Origin: an uncultured Prevotellaceae bacterium
Lineage (GTDB): Bacteria > Bacteroidota > Bacteroidia > Bacteroidales > Bacteroidaceae
Direction of reading: 5' to 3'
Assembly: GCA_900320255.1 (NCBI GenBank)
Contig: ONRS01000027.1
Span: 922-64,921, forward strand
DNA: 64,000 bases
Every line of letters begins with the position of its first letter. The first letter of the stretch is position 1. This document shows positions 51,983 through 60,704 of the stretch, piece by piece. The translations under genes and the position numbers were made by a program. Under the pieces are notes generated by a model that worked only from the letters and a program-made list of their open reading frames with translations, did no database searches and was not told the DNA's origin.

Positions 51983-53935
51983 TTAAAATTTCGCTTTCCT
52001 CACGCTGCTGCCCTGCTTGACGATGTAAGTGCCGGGGGCAAGCTGGTCGAGGCTGTTGCCGACGTACTTGCCTGACAGGTCGTAGATGAGCGTTGAGGGT
52101 TGAGCGTTGAGGGTTGAGGGTCGAGCATTGTCTGCTATTCCCGTAGGTGGCGTGTAGGTGTAGCCGAGCTTGTTGTCTATCCAGCCTATGCGCTGGTTCA
52201 TGTAGCGGCGCACGTTCTGCACCTCGGCGGCATAGCTGCCCCAGATGCGCGGGTTCTGGTGGACGTAGTCGTTCATGATGGGCCAGCGCAGGAAGTTGAG
52301 CTGCTGCGACTGCTGCAGACGCTCCTCCCACTCGTCAATAAAGGCTGTCATGCTGGCTTCGGTGAGGCCGCCTTCGCGCACTGACTTCCAGATGTCGAAG
52401 AGCTGGTGGCGCGCATTGGTGTTGTTCACGACAATGTTGTTGACAAAGGTGCGCATGTTGCCGGCACAGCTACCGTTGGTACGGTAGATGTAGTCGCCCA
52501 GGTTCATAATGGGGTACGTACGGATATCGTTATCGAAGGCGAGGTCGAAGTCCCACACGGGGCCTGTGTAGATTACGTCGTCGCCGCGCTCCTTATACAT
52601 ATATACGCTCCAGTAGGTGTCGGTATTGCCTGAAAGCTCGCCGACGAGGAAGTGGCGGAGGAACGTGTTCAGGTCAAGATAGGTCTGCCACTGGCTCTCC
52701 ATCTTGTTGAAGTGGTTACGTATGTAGTTGAACTGCTGGTCGGTGATTTCGTCTTCGTCGGGCGACTTAATGGTCACAGGGTTCCCCTTGTTGGAGTTGA
52801 ACCATGATACCTCTTGATTGGCGTATGCGTCAATCTCGAAGAAGTAGCCGCCGGTAAGGGCATCGCCGCTGTTGTCCTCGGGTGCCATCTCGGTAATCTC
52901 CACACGACCGGGGTTCACCTCCACCTGGTCACACAGCTGGTAGCAGCCTTTGTACTCACCGTTCAGTATGACATCGACGGCCGTGGCGTAGGGCGTGTAG
53001 GGCATGCCCATGCGGCGGCTGAGCTCAAAGGCTAAGATGTTGCGCATGAGCGTCTTGTCACCATAGTTGTTGATGAGTGTCCACTTCTTGGCCTTGGCCG
53101 GCGCGTCGAGCACGTTCTGCTTCTTGTTGAACTTAATACGGTAAGGCTTCTTGGGGAAGGAGCGTGACGCATTGCCACGTTCACGAATGGTGCCAGGCTC
53201 CGAGAGTAGCGTGCCGTCGGGCGATATAATGGTAATCAGGCAAGTAATGTCTGTCTCCTTGTCGAAGGGAATGACATTATTCTCCGTGTGGATGGTGACG
53301 GTAGGCAGGTTGGTGAGCGTGGAGGGTTGAGCGTTGAGGGTTGAGGGTTGAGCGTTGAGCGTGGATGGTTGGCCTTCGACCTTTGACCTTTGACCTTCGA
53401 CCTTAGACCTTAGACCATCAACCTGTTCTCCATAAAACTCCAGTTCGGCAATATTGCAGCGGGCATCTGATGGGCCCACGTAGCGCACGTAGCGGAAGGG
53501 AACGGTGCAGCTGACGTCAGCATACGACATCTGGCCGATGACTCCCTCGGTGGTAATGATGTACAGGGGCAGGGCGTCCATGAAGTCAGGACTGTTGGCT
53601 CCTTCGAACACACCGAGCACCACGCGCTTCGGACCGTTGCTGTCGTTACGGGGTGACCAGCCTACGCGGGTGATGACGTGGGGCGTGCCGAGGTCCAGGC
53701 CCGTCCATGTGTAGCTGCGCTCCCATGAGGCGAAGCACGTGTTAAGGTCGCCGTCGAACGCCATTTCGCGGGTGTTGACCGTGGTCGATTGTCCGAAGGT
53801 GGAGTAATCGACCGACTCTAATGTTCCAATGACCGTACCGGTAAGGGGCTGAGCGTTGAGCGTTGAGGGCTGAGCGTTAGCGTTAAGGTTAGCGTTAACG
53901 AGCCCGAGGCAGAGAGCCAAAATAAGTCTGTTCAT
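51983..53935 (-). CDS. Secreted CotH-family kinase with N-terminal discoidin-like domain
   Basis: MAFDGDLNT..LDLG..YVRY; RGNAS..KKPYRIK, DKTLMRN, NGEYKGCY, GPVWDFDLAF; T9SS-like tail IYDLSGK. Confidence 0.88.
   Translation of the reverse strand: MNRLILALCLGLVNANLNANAQPSTLNAQPLTGTVIGTLESVDYSTFGQSTTVNTREMAFDGDLNTCFASWERSYTWTGLDLGTPHVITRVGWSPRNDSNGPKRVVLGVFEGANSPDFMDALPLYIITTEGVIGQMSYADVSCTVPFRYVRYVGPSDARCNIAELEFYGEQVDGLRSKVEGQRSKVEGQPSTLNAQPSTLNAQPSTLTNLPTVTIHTENNVIPFDKETDITCLITIISPDGTLLSEPGTIRERGNASRSFPKKPYRIKFNKKQNVLDAPAKAKKWTLINNYGDKTLMRNILAFELSRRMGMPYTPYATAVDVILNGEYKGCYQLCDQVEVNPGRVEITEMAPEDNSGDALTGGYFFEIDAYANQEVSWFNSNKGNPVTIKSPDEDEITDQQFNYIRNHFNKMESQWQTYLDLNTFLRHFLVGELSGNTDTYWSVYMYKERGDDVIYTGPVWDFDLAFDNDIRTYPIMNLGDYIYRTNGSCAGNMRTFVNNIVVNNTNARHQLFDIWKSVREGGLTEASMTAFIDEWEERLQQSQQLNFLRWPIMNDYVHQNPRIWGSYAAEVQNVRRYMNQRIGWIDNKLGYTYTPPTGIADNARPSTLNAQPSTLIYDLSGKYVGNSLDQLAPGTYIVKQGSSVRKAKF
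52087..52128 (-). repeat. In-frame heptamers before the C-terminal domain (ARPSTLNAQPSTL)
   Basis: TGAGCGT/TGAGGGT units on the + strand. Confidence 0.9.
53314..53422 (-). repeat. In-frame AGGTCRA then CTCAA heptamers in the interdomain linker
   Basis: Encodes LRSKVEGQRSKVEGQPSTLNAQPSTLNAQPSTL. Confidence 0.93.
53846..53900 (-). repeat. In-frame hexamer then heptamer repeat at the signal-peptide end
   Basis: Encodes VNANLNANAQPSTLNAQP. Confidence 0.9.
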
Positions 53936-53964
53936 TGTCGTATGTAATGATTTAATTTAATTTT

Positions 53965-54034
53965 CGCTGCAAAAGTACAAAATAATTATCAATTATCAAT
54001 TGTAAATTGTCAATTATTTATTACTTTTGCAGCG
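53965..54034. promoter_or_regulatory. Back-to-back divergent promoters flanking AATT-type heptamers
   Basis: CGCTGCAAAAGTA (53965-53977) and TACTTTTGCAGCG (54022-54034) form a perfect 13-bp inverted repeat; five heptamers at 53984-54018. Confidence 0.75.
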
Positions 54035-54053
54035 TAATTAATTGCATACGAGT

Positions 54054-55121
54054 ATGAGAGGAAAGAAGATTGTAACGTTCGGCGAACTGCTGTTGCGGTT
54101 CTCAAAGCCCGGACAGCTGAGACTGACACAGGGTGACATGTTTACCAGTAAGTATGGAGGCAGCGAGGCTAACGTGGCCGTGAGTCTGGCCACGCTGGGT
54201 GAGGAAGTGGATTATGTGACGCGACTGCCCGATACGCCTGTAGGGCAGGCGGGCGTCATGTGCCTGCGCTCCATGGGCGTCAGCTGTAATCATGTGCTGC
54301 TTGGCGGACGGCGCATCGGCACCTATTACTTCGAACCGTCGGCAGGCATGAGGGCCGCCAAGGTCATCTACGACCGCGACGGCTCGGCCTATTCCGAACT
54401 GAAGCCCGGCATGATAGACTGGCGCACCATTCTGGCCGATGCCAGCGTGCTGCACGTCTCTGGCATTACGGCTGCCATTTCGCAGGACGCTGCCGACGCT
54501 ACCTTCGAGGCTCTCGACGTGGCTGACGAGCTGGGCGTGAAGATTTCGTTCGACATCAACTACCGCAAGAACCTGTGGAAGTACGGGGCCGACCCGCGTG
54601 AGACCATCAGCCGCATGCTGCAGCGTTGCGACATGATGTTTGGCGACGCCATTGAGTTTGAGTGGCTCTGCCAGCGCAAGCAGCCGCCCTTCACGGCTAC
54701 CGACTCCAATTTCCAGATGCAGATGGACGAGTACGGCGAGTGGTTTGAGGATATTCACCGCCAGTTCCCCCGTTGTCAGGACTGGCTCATGGGCATGCGC
54801 AACATGGTGGCTTCCAACCACCACACGCTCACGGCGCTGCTGTATAGCCCCCTAACAGCCCCGGCCCTTCTTCAAGCTCCCATCCTCGACATTCCTGACG
54901 TGGTGGATCCCGTGGGGGTGGGCGATGCCTTCATGGCTGGCTTCCTGCATGCAGCTAAGAAGTGGCCTGCCGACAAGCAGATGCAGCTGAACTACTCGTT
55001 AGCAGCGGCTGCCCTGAAGAACACCGTGCCGGGCGACTTCAACCTCTCGACCCACGAGGAGATTATGGACGTGGTAAATCATGCCCGTGACATTCATACG
55101 CTCTACAAAGTGACCATTTAG
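54054..55121 (+). CDS. kdgK: PfkB-family sugar kinase (2-dehydro-3-deoxygluconokinase-like)
   Basis: FGELLLR, GGSEANVA, YDRDGSA, FDINYRKNLW, DPVGVGDAFMAG, GDFN. Start ATG 54054. Confidence 0.8.
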   Translation: MRGKKIVTFGELLLRFSKPGQLRLTQGDMFTSKYGGSEANVAVSLATLGEEVDYVTRLPDTPVGQAGVMCLRSMGVSCNHVLLGGRRIGTYYFEPSAGMRAAKVIYDRDGSAYSELKPGMIDWRTILADASVLHVSGITAAISQDAADATFEALDVADELGVKISFDINYRKNLWKYGADPRETISRMLQRCDMMFGDAIEFEWLCQRKQPPFTATDSNFQMQMDEYGEWFEDIHRQFPRCQDWLMGMRNMVASNHHTLTALLYSPLTAPALLQAPILDIPDVVDPVGVGDAFMAGFLHAAKKWPADKQMQLNYSLAAAALKNTVPGDFNLSTHEEIMDVVNHARDIHTLYKVTI

Positions 55122-55175
55122 CAAATCAGTGTCTTATTTTAAATAAGACAGGAAGTAGGCAAACCAAGTGCATTC

Positions 55176-55341
55176 CGCATGATTTCATGGTGCCTTTTGC
55201 TTGACTTTATGTCGAGTCTTACTTGACTTTATGATGAGTTTTGCATGACTTTATGGTGAGTTTTCGTGCAAAAGTCACCTCAAAAGCGTGCAAAACCCGA
55301 TACCAAGTCATGCAAAACCATACACCAAAGCTCGCGCAAAA
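55176..55341. repeat. Head-to-head arrays of 22-bp units
   Basis: TGAYTTYATG at 55180, 55202, 55224, 55246; inverted YGCAAAA at 55267, 55289, 55311, 55335. Confidence 0.8.
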
Positions 55342-55383
55342 GAACGCCCCGCACCAGAGCCAGTAGCTGCCGATGCGGGGCGT
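55338..55383 (-). terminator. Probable terminator of the fimbrillin-like gene
   Basis: ACGCCCCGCA/TGCGGGGCGT stem followed by TCTTTT on the minus strand. Confidence 0.6.
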
Positions 55384-55407
55384 GAGAGGGGGAAATGTTA
55401 TTCTATA

Positions 55408-56940
55408 TTATAGGTCGCGAACCAGACGGACGGAGTAGCCATAGCCCTTATTCGCATCACCAGTCCAGGTGGTATGGATGTTAAGACTAGAGCTATTGAA
55501 TTCCAAAAAGTATGCTGTGCCAGAAGAACCACTGCATGAAGCAGACCAGTAGTAGCCAGAATTGCTATAACTAGTTACGTTTTGTCCATTTCTGTAGCCG
55601 CCAGCCGGCAGGAATACACAGCCATTGTGCTCGAAGGTGTCCCAGTTGCTTCCACTATACATTTCGCCTTTATAACCGTCAGGATAGATAACCAAGCCAT
55701 TGATACCATTTATCGATTGGCCTACGGTGTAGCTATGATTTTCTCCTTTTCCTCCATTAACGGTGCGTTCCGTGAGCAGGTAATTCCACTCACTTATGGT
55801 CAGCGTGCGCCACTGGCTCTTCTTGTTGCCGCCGTTGCTGATGGCATTGTAGCCCCAGTCGCTGCCTGTAGAAGAGTTAGCGGCACCTGGTGCTTGGGTA
55901 TTTTTCAGAGTGGAAGAGTATTTGTCATACCCTGTACCCATATAGTCTTCCGCACCCAATGTTGTATTACCCCATGTGAAGAGGTCTATAGGATACTTGG
56001 AAGAGGTATTGTACGTGTTGTTGTAATCTAAGATGCCCCACTGGTTTTCGGCGAACTTCCATGTGCTACCATCGTCCGTCACATAGTATTGCAGGTTACC
56101 CTGCGAGAAACTAACAAACTTTTTGGCTGCCACGCTGAACGCATATTCCATCGTTAGTTCACTTATGTAATATTTACCAGCCGTAAAGGTCACACCGCTC
56201 TTCGAGTAGCCAAACATCCTACCATTATCATCTTTCGCCAAGAAACTAACTTTTTTATCAGTAACAGGAGGCAAGGCAATATAGATCTCGCTCCTGCCGG
56301 TGTCATCAGCTAAGTTAACGGCGTATTCATTTCCGTCAATGGTGACGGTGAGGGCATTCAAAGTGATGGAAAAATTAGGGGTTTTTGCCTTAATCTGGAA
56401 GATGGCATTCTGTGCAGCGGGCTGCGTGGTGACGGTCAGACCGGGGTTAGCAGTCTGGATTTTTCCTTCACCCACGCGGACATCCATAAATTTGCTGCTG
56501 AGACTTCCAGTCTGAGTTGCCAGCAGCGTGGCGGCGTCCTTCACACCCGTGTTGTCATCCTTGGCGGCAGTGTAAGGAAATACAAGCGTGCAGGTGGTGT
56601 TGTCTTCCGTGTTGGAATCTACGGTGAACTGTATGGTGGCAGCACCAGTTTCAGTGTTCACTGCCGTAACGGTGGCTTCGGCCTTTTTCTTCACACCATC
56701 CACTTCGTAAAGGATAGCAATTTTTTCGTTTTCTTCCCATGTTGCCACAATCTTATTAGTGCCATTACTCAAACCACGCGTGTCGTCTCCACCATTTTTA
56801 GGAGCCAGCGTGGCAGTGATAGTGATGCCCTCGGGCTTGACTGGCTGCGGGGTCGGAGTGGTTATGTCGTTGTCATCGCTGCTGCAGGCGGCAATCATCA
56901 GCACCAGTGCAGCCATTATAAATAACTTTATTGTCTTCAT
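55408..56940 (-). CDS. Fimbrillin/type V pilin-like lipoprotein with C-terminal CLec-like (Fib_succ_major/DUF1566-like) domain
   Basis: Lipobox IAACS, ITITAT..TRG processing-type site, W..NEKIA; FSQGNLQY, WRTLTISEW, FLPAGG, GYYWSA, GYSVRLVR. Confidence 0.72.
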   Translation of the reverse strand: MKTIKLFIMAALVLMIAACSSDDNDITTPTPQPVKPEGITITATLAPKNGGDDTRGLSNGTNKIVATWEENEKIAILYEVDGVKKKAEATVTAVNTETGAATIQFTVDSNTEDNTTCTLVFPYTAAKDDNTGVKDAATLLATQTGSLSSKFMDVRVGEGKIQTANPGLTVTTQPAAQNAIFQIKAKTPNFSITLNALTVTIDGNEYAVNLADDTGRSEIYIALPPVTDKKVSFLAKDDNGRMFGYSKSGVTFTAGKYYISELTMEYAFSVAAKKFVSFSQGNLQYYVTDDGSTWKFAENQWGILDYNNTYNTSSKYPIDLFTWGNTTLGAEDYMGTGYDKYSSTLKNTQAPGAANSSTGSDWGYNAISNGGNKKSQWRTLTISEWNYLLTERTVNGGKGENHSYTVGQSINGINGLVIYPDGYKGEMYSGSNWDTFEHNGCVFLPAGGYRNGQNVTSYSNSGYYWSASCSGSSGTAYFLEFNSSSLNIHTTWTGDANKGYGYSVRLVRDL

Positions 56941-56973
56941 CTTTTCTTACTTTTAAACTGAGTGATTTAATAA

Positions 56974-57141
56974 TTAGAACGGGGAATCCTCGAGCTCATA
57001 ATCGCCTTTTTTAGACATTGTATTTGTCACTTGTGTTTCGGGGCTTGCGTTTAGCAATTGGTTCGTCACATGCAGTTCAACCACCTCGCAGGTTGGCTGG
57101 ACATAAGTTTGTTTGGTCTTTTTCATCATTCTGATTTCCAT
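56974..57141 (-). CDS. Small 55-aa protein with a KxxYxxPxxxVV..LL..S motif (absent from the ORF track)
   Basis: Hand translation MEIRMMKKTKQTYVQPTCEVVELHVTNQLLNASPETQVTNTMSKKGDYELEDSPF; ends 33 nt upstream of the lipoprotein start. Confidence 0.7.
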   Translation of the reverse strand: MEIRMMKKTKQTYVQPTCEVVELHVTNQLLNASPETQVTNTMSKKGDYELEDSPF

Positions 57142-57324
57142 TTTAATTCAAATATTATTAGTAATCTGCTTTTTTACTTTCGAGCGTGCGAAGGTAATAA
57201 AAATCAAACAAATAAAGCAAAAAGAAGAAGCAAAAAAAGTTAAAGTGCTGAAAATGATTGACTCATATCACGAAGACAGGAGTTCTCTGATCTGTTATAA
57301 AACATTACAGCAGATACCCAGTTC

Positions 57325-57399
57325 TGAGCGTTGAGCGTTGAGTGTTGAGTGTTGACGTTGACGTTGTCGTTATCGTTGACGTTATCGTTATTAACGTTA
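57325..57399 (-). repeat. Hexamer then heptamer array directly after the receptor stop codon
   Basis: TGAGCGT x2, TGAGTGT x2, then CGTTGA/CGTTAT units on the + strand. Confidence 0.9.
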
Positions 57400-59853
57400 G
57401 AACTTATATCCTAAGGAGAGCATGAGCCAGCGGCCTTGCTGCCGGATAGGGCCTGAGCCGAGTCCGCACTGGGTGTAGCTCTTGTTGAAGAGGTTGTGGG
57501 CATTGAGTGCTACCTCGAAATTGCGGTAGGTGTAGGTGGCGCCTGCATCTACGAGGATGCGTGTGCTGTATTCGTCGAAGTGATAGGTGCCGTTGCTCAG
57601 GTCAACGCCGTAGCCCTGGTAGGGGCCGGTGAGGTTCAGGTGGGTGTGCAGTCGCAGGCTGGGCAGCAGGCGGTAGGCCAGTACGGCGTTGGCGCTGAAG
57701 TTGGGTATGCCGGGCATCTTGGTCAGCTCGCGTCCAAAGTATTCTGCCTCGAGGAAGTGTAGCCACTCCATGGCGAGGTGTCCTTCGAAGGGGCCGCGGC
57801 GGTAGGTGGCGGTGAGCTCGGCACCAATGTTCTTGCCCTCGGCGGCGTTGGCGTGCAGGTTCTGCAGGGGGTAGATAAGGTTTTGCGCGCGGTTATAAAA
57901 GCCGTTCAGCTCCAGGTCGAGTCCCGGCAGCAGGCTGCTGCTGCCTAAGGTGAGCTGCCAGGAGTAGAGCCGCTCTGACATGAGGTCGGTATAGTCGATG
58001 GTCGTAACGGGTGTCTCGCTGCCGATGGAGCTGATGACGTCGAGCTGGTAGAAGAGCAGGTTCGACTTGCGGTATAAATAGGGTGCATCGACGAACGACT
58101 TGGAGTAGCTGAGGGTGGCGTGCCACTTGGGCTGCACGAAGATGAGTGCCACGCGGGGTGAGAACTCGTGCTGCTCGTCGTCGTTGAAGCGGCGCTTGTA
58201 GTCGTAGCGCATGCCGCCGTTGAGGATGAACGGTCCGTAGCGGTGCTTGACTTGCACGTAGGCATTGACGCTGTTTTCTTTTCCCTTGGCTATGTTGTCA
58301 TAGTCGAGAGCTTCGTAGATGGTCTCGTCATCATACCCATAAGCACGGGCCCAGTTGGCAAACCATACGTACTCTATGATGGTGTTGAAGTAGTTGGTGC
58401 CTAAGGCGTAACGGGAGTCTTCGAGACGGAAATGGCTGTAGTTGGCGCCCATGCTGACCAGTCCCTTGTGGTCGTCGTTGTCAACGTAGGTGTAGTCGGC
58501 CTTCAGCTGGCCGCCAATGGTGCGCTCCTGTCCGTCCTGATAACGGAAGAGGCCCTCCTCGCCCTTGAAGAGTCCGTCGTAGTTCTTCAGGAAGCCGAGT
58601 ATGGAGCTCAGGTTCTCGACGGTGGAGTCGCTGATGACCTGATAGTGGGTCATGTCGCTGATGTCGTAGTTGATGGCGGCACTGAGGAAGAGCTTGTCCC
58701 ACTTCTTGCTGTAGGAGAGCTCGGCATGGTGCGACTGGGTGGCAAAGCTGGGCTTGAGGCCGCGGAAGGTGACGTAGCGGTCGTAGTTGTAGGGGGAGTA
58801 GGTGTAGCCGGAGGTGTAGGGTGAGTGAACCTGCGAGAAGTGGGTGTTGTACATGAAGTAGAGACCGCGCCAGTTGAGCGTCAGGCCGAGGTCGTAGGAG
58901 GGGTTTTCGCCTACGCGTCCGATGACGATGTCGCCTTGTGTGCGCTTCAGGCCTGTCTGCTCGCGGGGTACATAGAACTTTTGGCCGTCAGCCTTATAGA
59001 GACTGCCCCAGATGAGGATGTCGAGGTCGAAGAAGCGCTTGCCGAACACCAGGTCAGCGCGCATCTGGCCGTAGTTGCCTATTCCGGCACGCACCTTGAG
59101 GCCATCGACGTCGATGCCCTGTTTGGTGATGATGTTGACCACGGCAGTGAGTGCCACGCCGCCATAGAGCGACGAGGCAGGTCCGCGCAGCACTTCTATC
59201 TGCTTGATTTTCTCGAGCGAGATGCTGAAGTCGGGGGCGGCAGTGTTAGTGGCGTAGCTGTTCAGCCGGTGGCCGTTGATCATGAAGAGCATCTTCTCCT
59301 GTCCCTGGCTATAGACGCCGCGCATGGCGATGTTGATGTCGTCGTTACAGTCAATGTTGGTCATGCCGGGCACGTAGGCAATGAGCACCTCCTTGAGGTT
59401 GCGGGCTCCGCTGATGCGTATCATGTCGTCGGTGATGAGCAGCACGGGCACGGGCGACTCGTCGAGGCTCTCAGCCTGGCTGGAGGCGGTGGTGATGGTG
59501 TTGGTCATGCCGTTCTTCATGTGTGCCACCATGTCGAGGAAGCGTTGCGGGTCTTCAGACGTTGGGGTGAAATAGGGGTTTTCCGAGAGCAGCTCGCTGA
59601 CGTATCGTTGTGCCTCGTCGTCTTCGTCGAGGGCGATGTCGCAGAGTATGAGCAGCCTGTAGGCACTCTGCAGCAGGTCACCCTGGAAGTCGCTCAGGTG
59701 CTCCTTCAGCAGACTGCGCGAGTCGTCAAGACGGCCGATGATGTAGTCGTTCTCGGCCTGGGAATAGAGGCGGCGCTGCTCGTCGGCCGACTGTGCTGAA
59801 GCCAGCATGGTCACGAGGGCAAGGAGGGTGATGGTGAGGAGGAGTCGTTTCAT
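57397..59853 (-). CDS. TonB-dependent receptor with N-terminal helical (TPR-like) extension
   Basis: Signal peptide; about 90-aa helical segment; ITTASS; plug IEVLRGPASSLYG..VVNIITK; HNLFNKSY; terminal GYKF. Confidence 0.88.
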   Translation of the reverse strand: MKRLLLTITLLALVTMLASAQSADEQRRLYSQAENDYIIGRLDDSRSLLKEHLSDFQGDLLQSAYRLLILCDIALDEDDEAQRYVSELLSENPYFTPTSEDPQRFLDMVAHMKNGMTNTITTASSQAESLDESPVPVLLITDDMIRISGARNLKEVLIAYVPGMTNIDCNDDINIAMRGVYSQGQEKMLFMINGHRLNSYATNTAAPDFSISLEKIKQIEVLRGPASSLYGGVALTAVVNIITKQGIDVDGLKVRAGIGNYGQMRADLVFGKRFFDLDILIWGSLYKADGQKFYVPREQTGLKRTQGDIVIGRVGENPSYDLGLTLNWRGLYFMYNTHFSQVHSPYTSGYTYSPYNYDRYVTFRGLKPSFATQSHHAELSYSKKWDKLFLSAAINYDISDMTHYQVISDSTVENLSSILGFLKNYDGLFKGEEGLFRYQDGQERTIGGQLKADYTYVDNDDHKGLVSMGANYSHFRLEDSRYALGTNYFNTIIEYVWFANWARAYGYDDETIYEALDYDNIAKGKENSVNAYVQVKHRYGPFILNGGMRYDYKRRFNDDEQHEFSPRVALIFVQPKWHATLSYSKSFVDAPYLYRKSNLLFYQLDVISSIGSETPVTTIDYTDLMSERLYSWQLTLGSSSLLPGLDLELNGFYNRAQNLIYPLQNLHANAAEGKNIGAELTATYRRGPFEGHLAMEWLHFLEAEYFGRELTKMPGIPNFSANAVLAYRLLPSLRLHTHLNLTGPYQGYGVDLSNGTYHFDEYSTRILVDAGATYTYRNFEVALNAHNLFNKSYTQCGLGSGPIRQQGRWLMLSLGYKF

Positions 59854-60704
59854 GCTTTTACGGGAATGATAAAGGTGATGGTGGTGCCTTCGCCCACGGT
59901 GGAGTCAACGGTGAGGCGGCCCTGGTGGTGCTGTTCCACTATTTCGCGTGTGATGCCCATGCCCAGTCCGGTGCCCTTGCCGGCGGGCTTGGTGGTAAAG
60001 AAGTTCTCGAACAGCCGCTGCTGCACCTCGCTGTTCATGCCTTCGCCGTTGTCGGCAATGGCAATGGTGCACTTGTCGTCCTGAAGACTGACGCTGATAT
60101 CCACTTCGGGCGAATAGTCGGTAGCGGTCTGTGCCTTGTTCCACACGGCGTAGAAGGCGTTGTTCATGACGTTGAGCACGGCCCGGCTGAGTTCCTGGGG
60201 AATAATGGAGACCAGGGGCATGGACTCCTGGTAATGCTCATGAATGGTAATGTTGAAGCCTTTCTGGTTGGCGCGCATGGCGTGGTAGGACAGCCAGACG
60301 TACTCTTTCACCATTTGGGCTATGTTGGTGGGTATGCGCTCGCCTTCCTTGCCGCGTGAGATGAGCAGAATGCCGCGGATGATGCTGATGGCACGCTCGC
60401 CGTGCTCCATTATCTTCTGCATGTTCTCCTGCAGGTCGGCCACTATGTCGTCCAGCTCCTCACGGTCGTCGGCAGAGAGCTTGTCCTCGTTGTCGGCCAC
60501 AATGTCGCTCAGGTCGCTGAGCAGCTTGTCTGACATCTTACTGAAGTTGATGACAAAGTTGAGCGGGTTCTGTATCTCGTGGGCTATGCCTGCACTCAGC
60601 GTTCCTAAGGAGGCCAGCTTCTCTTGCTGCTTCAACTGCTGTCTCAGTTGCTCTATTTCCAGGTTTTTATTCTCTTCCATAAGCTCTTCTTTATTGTTTT
60701 TCAA
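59850..60704 (-). CDS. Sensor-less cytoplasmic histidine kinase (NtrB-like HisKA plus HATPase)
   Basis: EKLASLGTLSAGIAHEIQNPLNF, NVMNNAFYA, DNGEGM, FFTTK..GKGTGLG; no TM and no input domain. Confidence 0.9.
   Translation of the reverse strand: MKNNKEELMEENKNLEIEQLRQQLKQQEKLASLGTLSAGIAHEIQNPLNFVINFSKMSDKLLSDLSDIVADNEDKLSADDREELDDIVADLQENMQKIMEHGERAISIIRGILLISRGKEGERIPTNIAQMVKEYVWLSYHAMRANQKGFNITIHEHYQESMPLVSIIPQELSRAVLNVMNNAFYAVWNKAQTATDYSPEVDISVSLQDDKCTIAIADNGEGMNSEVQQRLFENFFTTKPAGKGTGLGMGITREIVEQHHQGRLTVDSTVGEGTTITFIIPVKA

Noticed and set aside
55408-57400. Complete diversity-generating retroelement
   Set aside because: No reverse transcriptase, Avd or template repeat is seen in the window.
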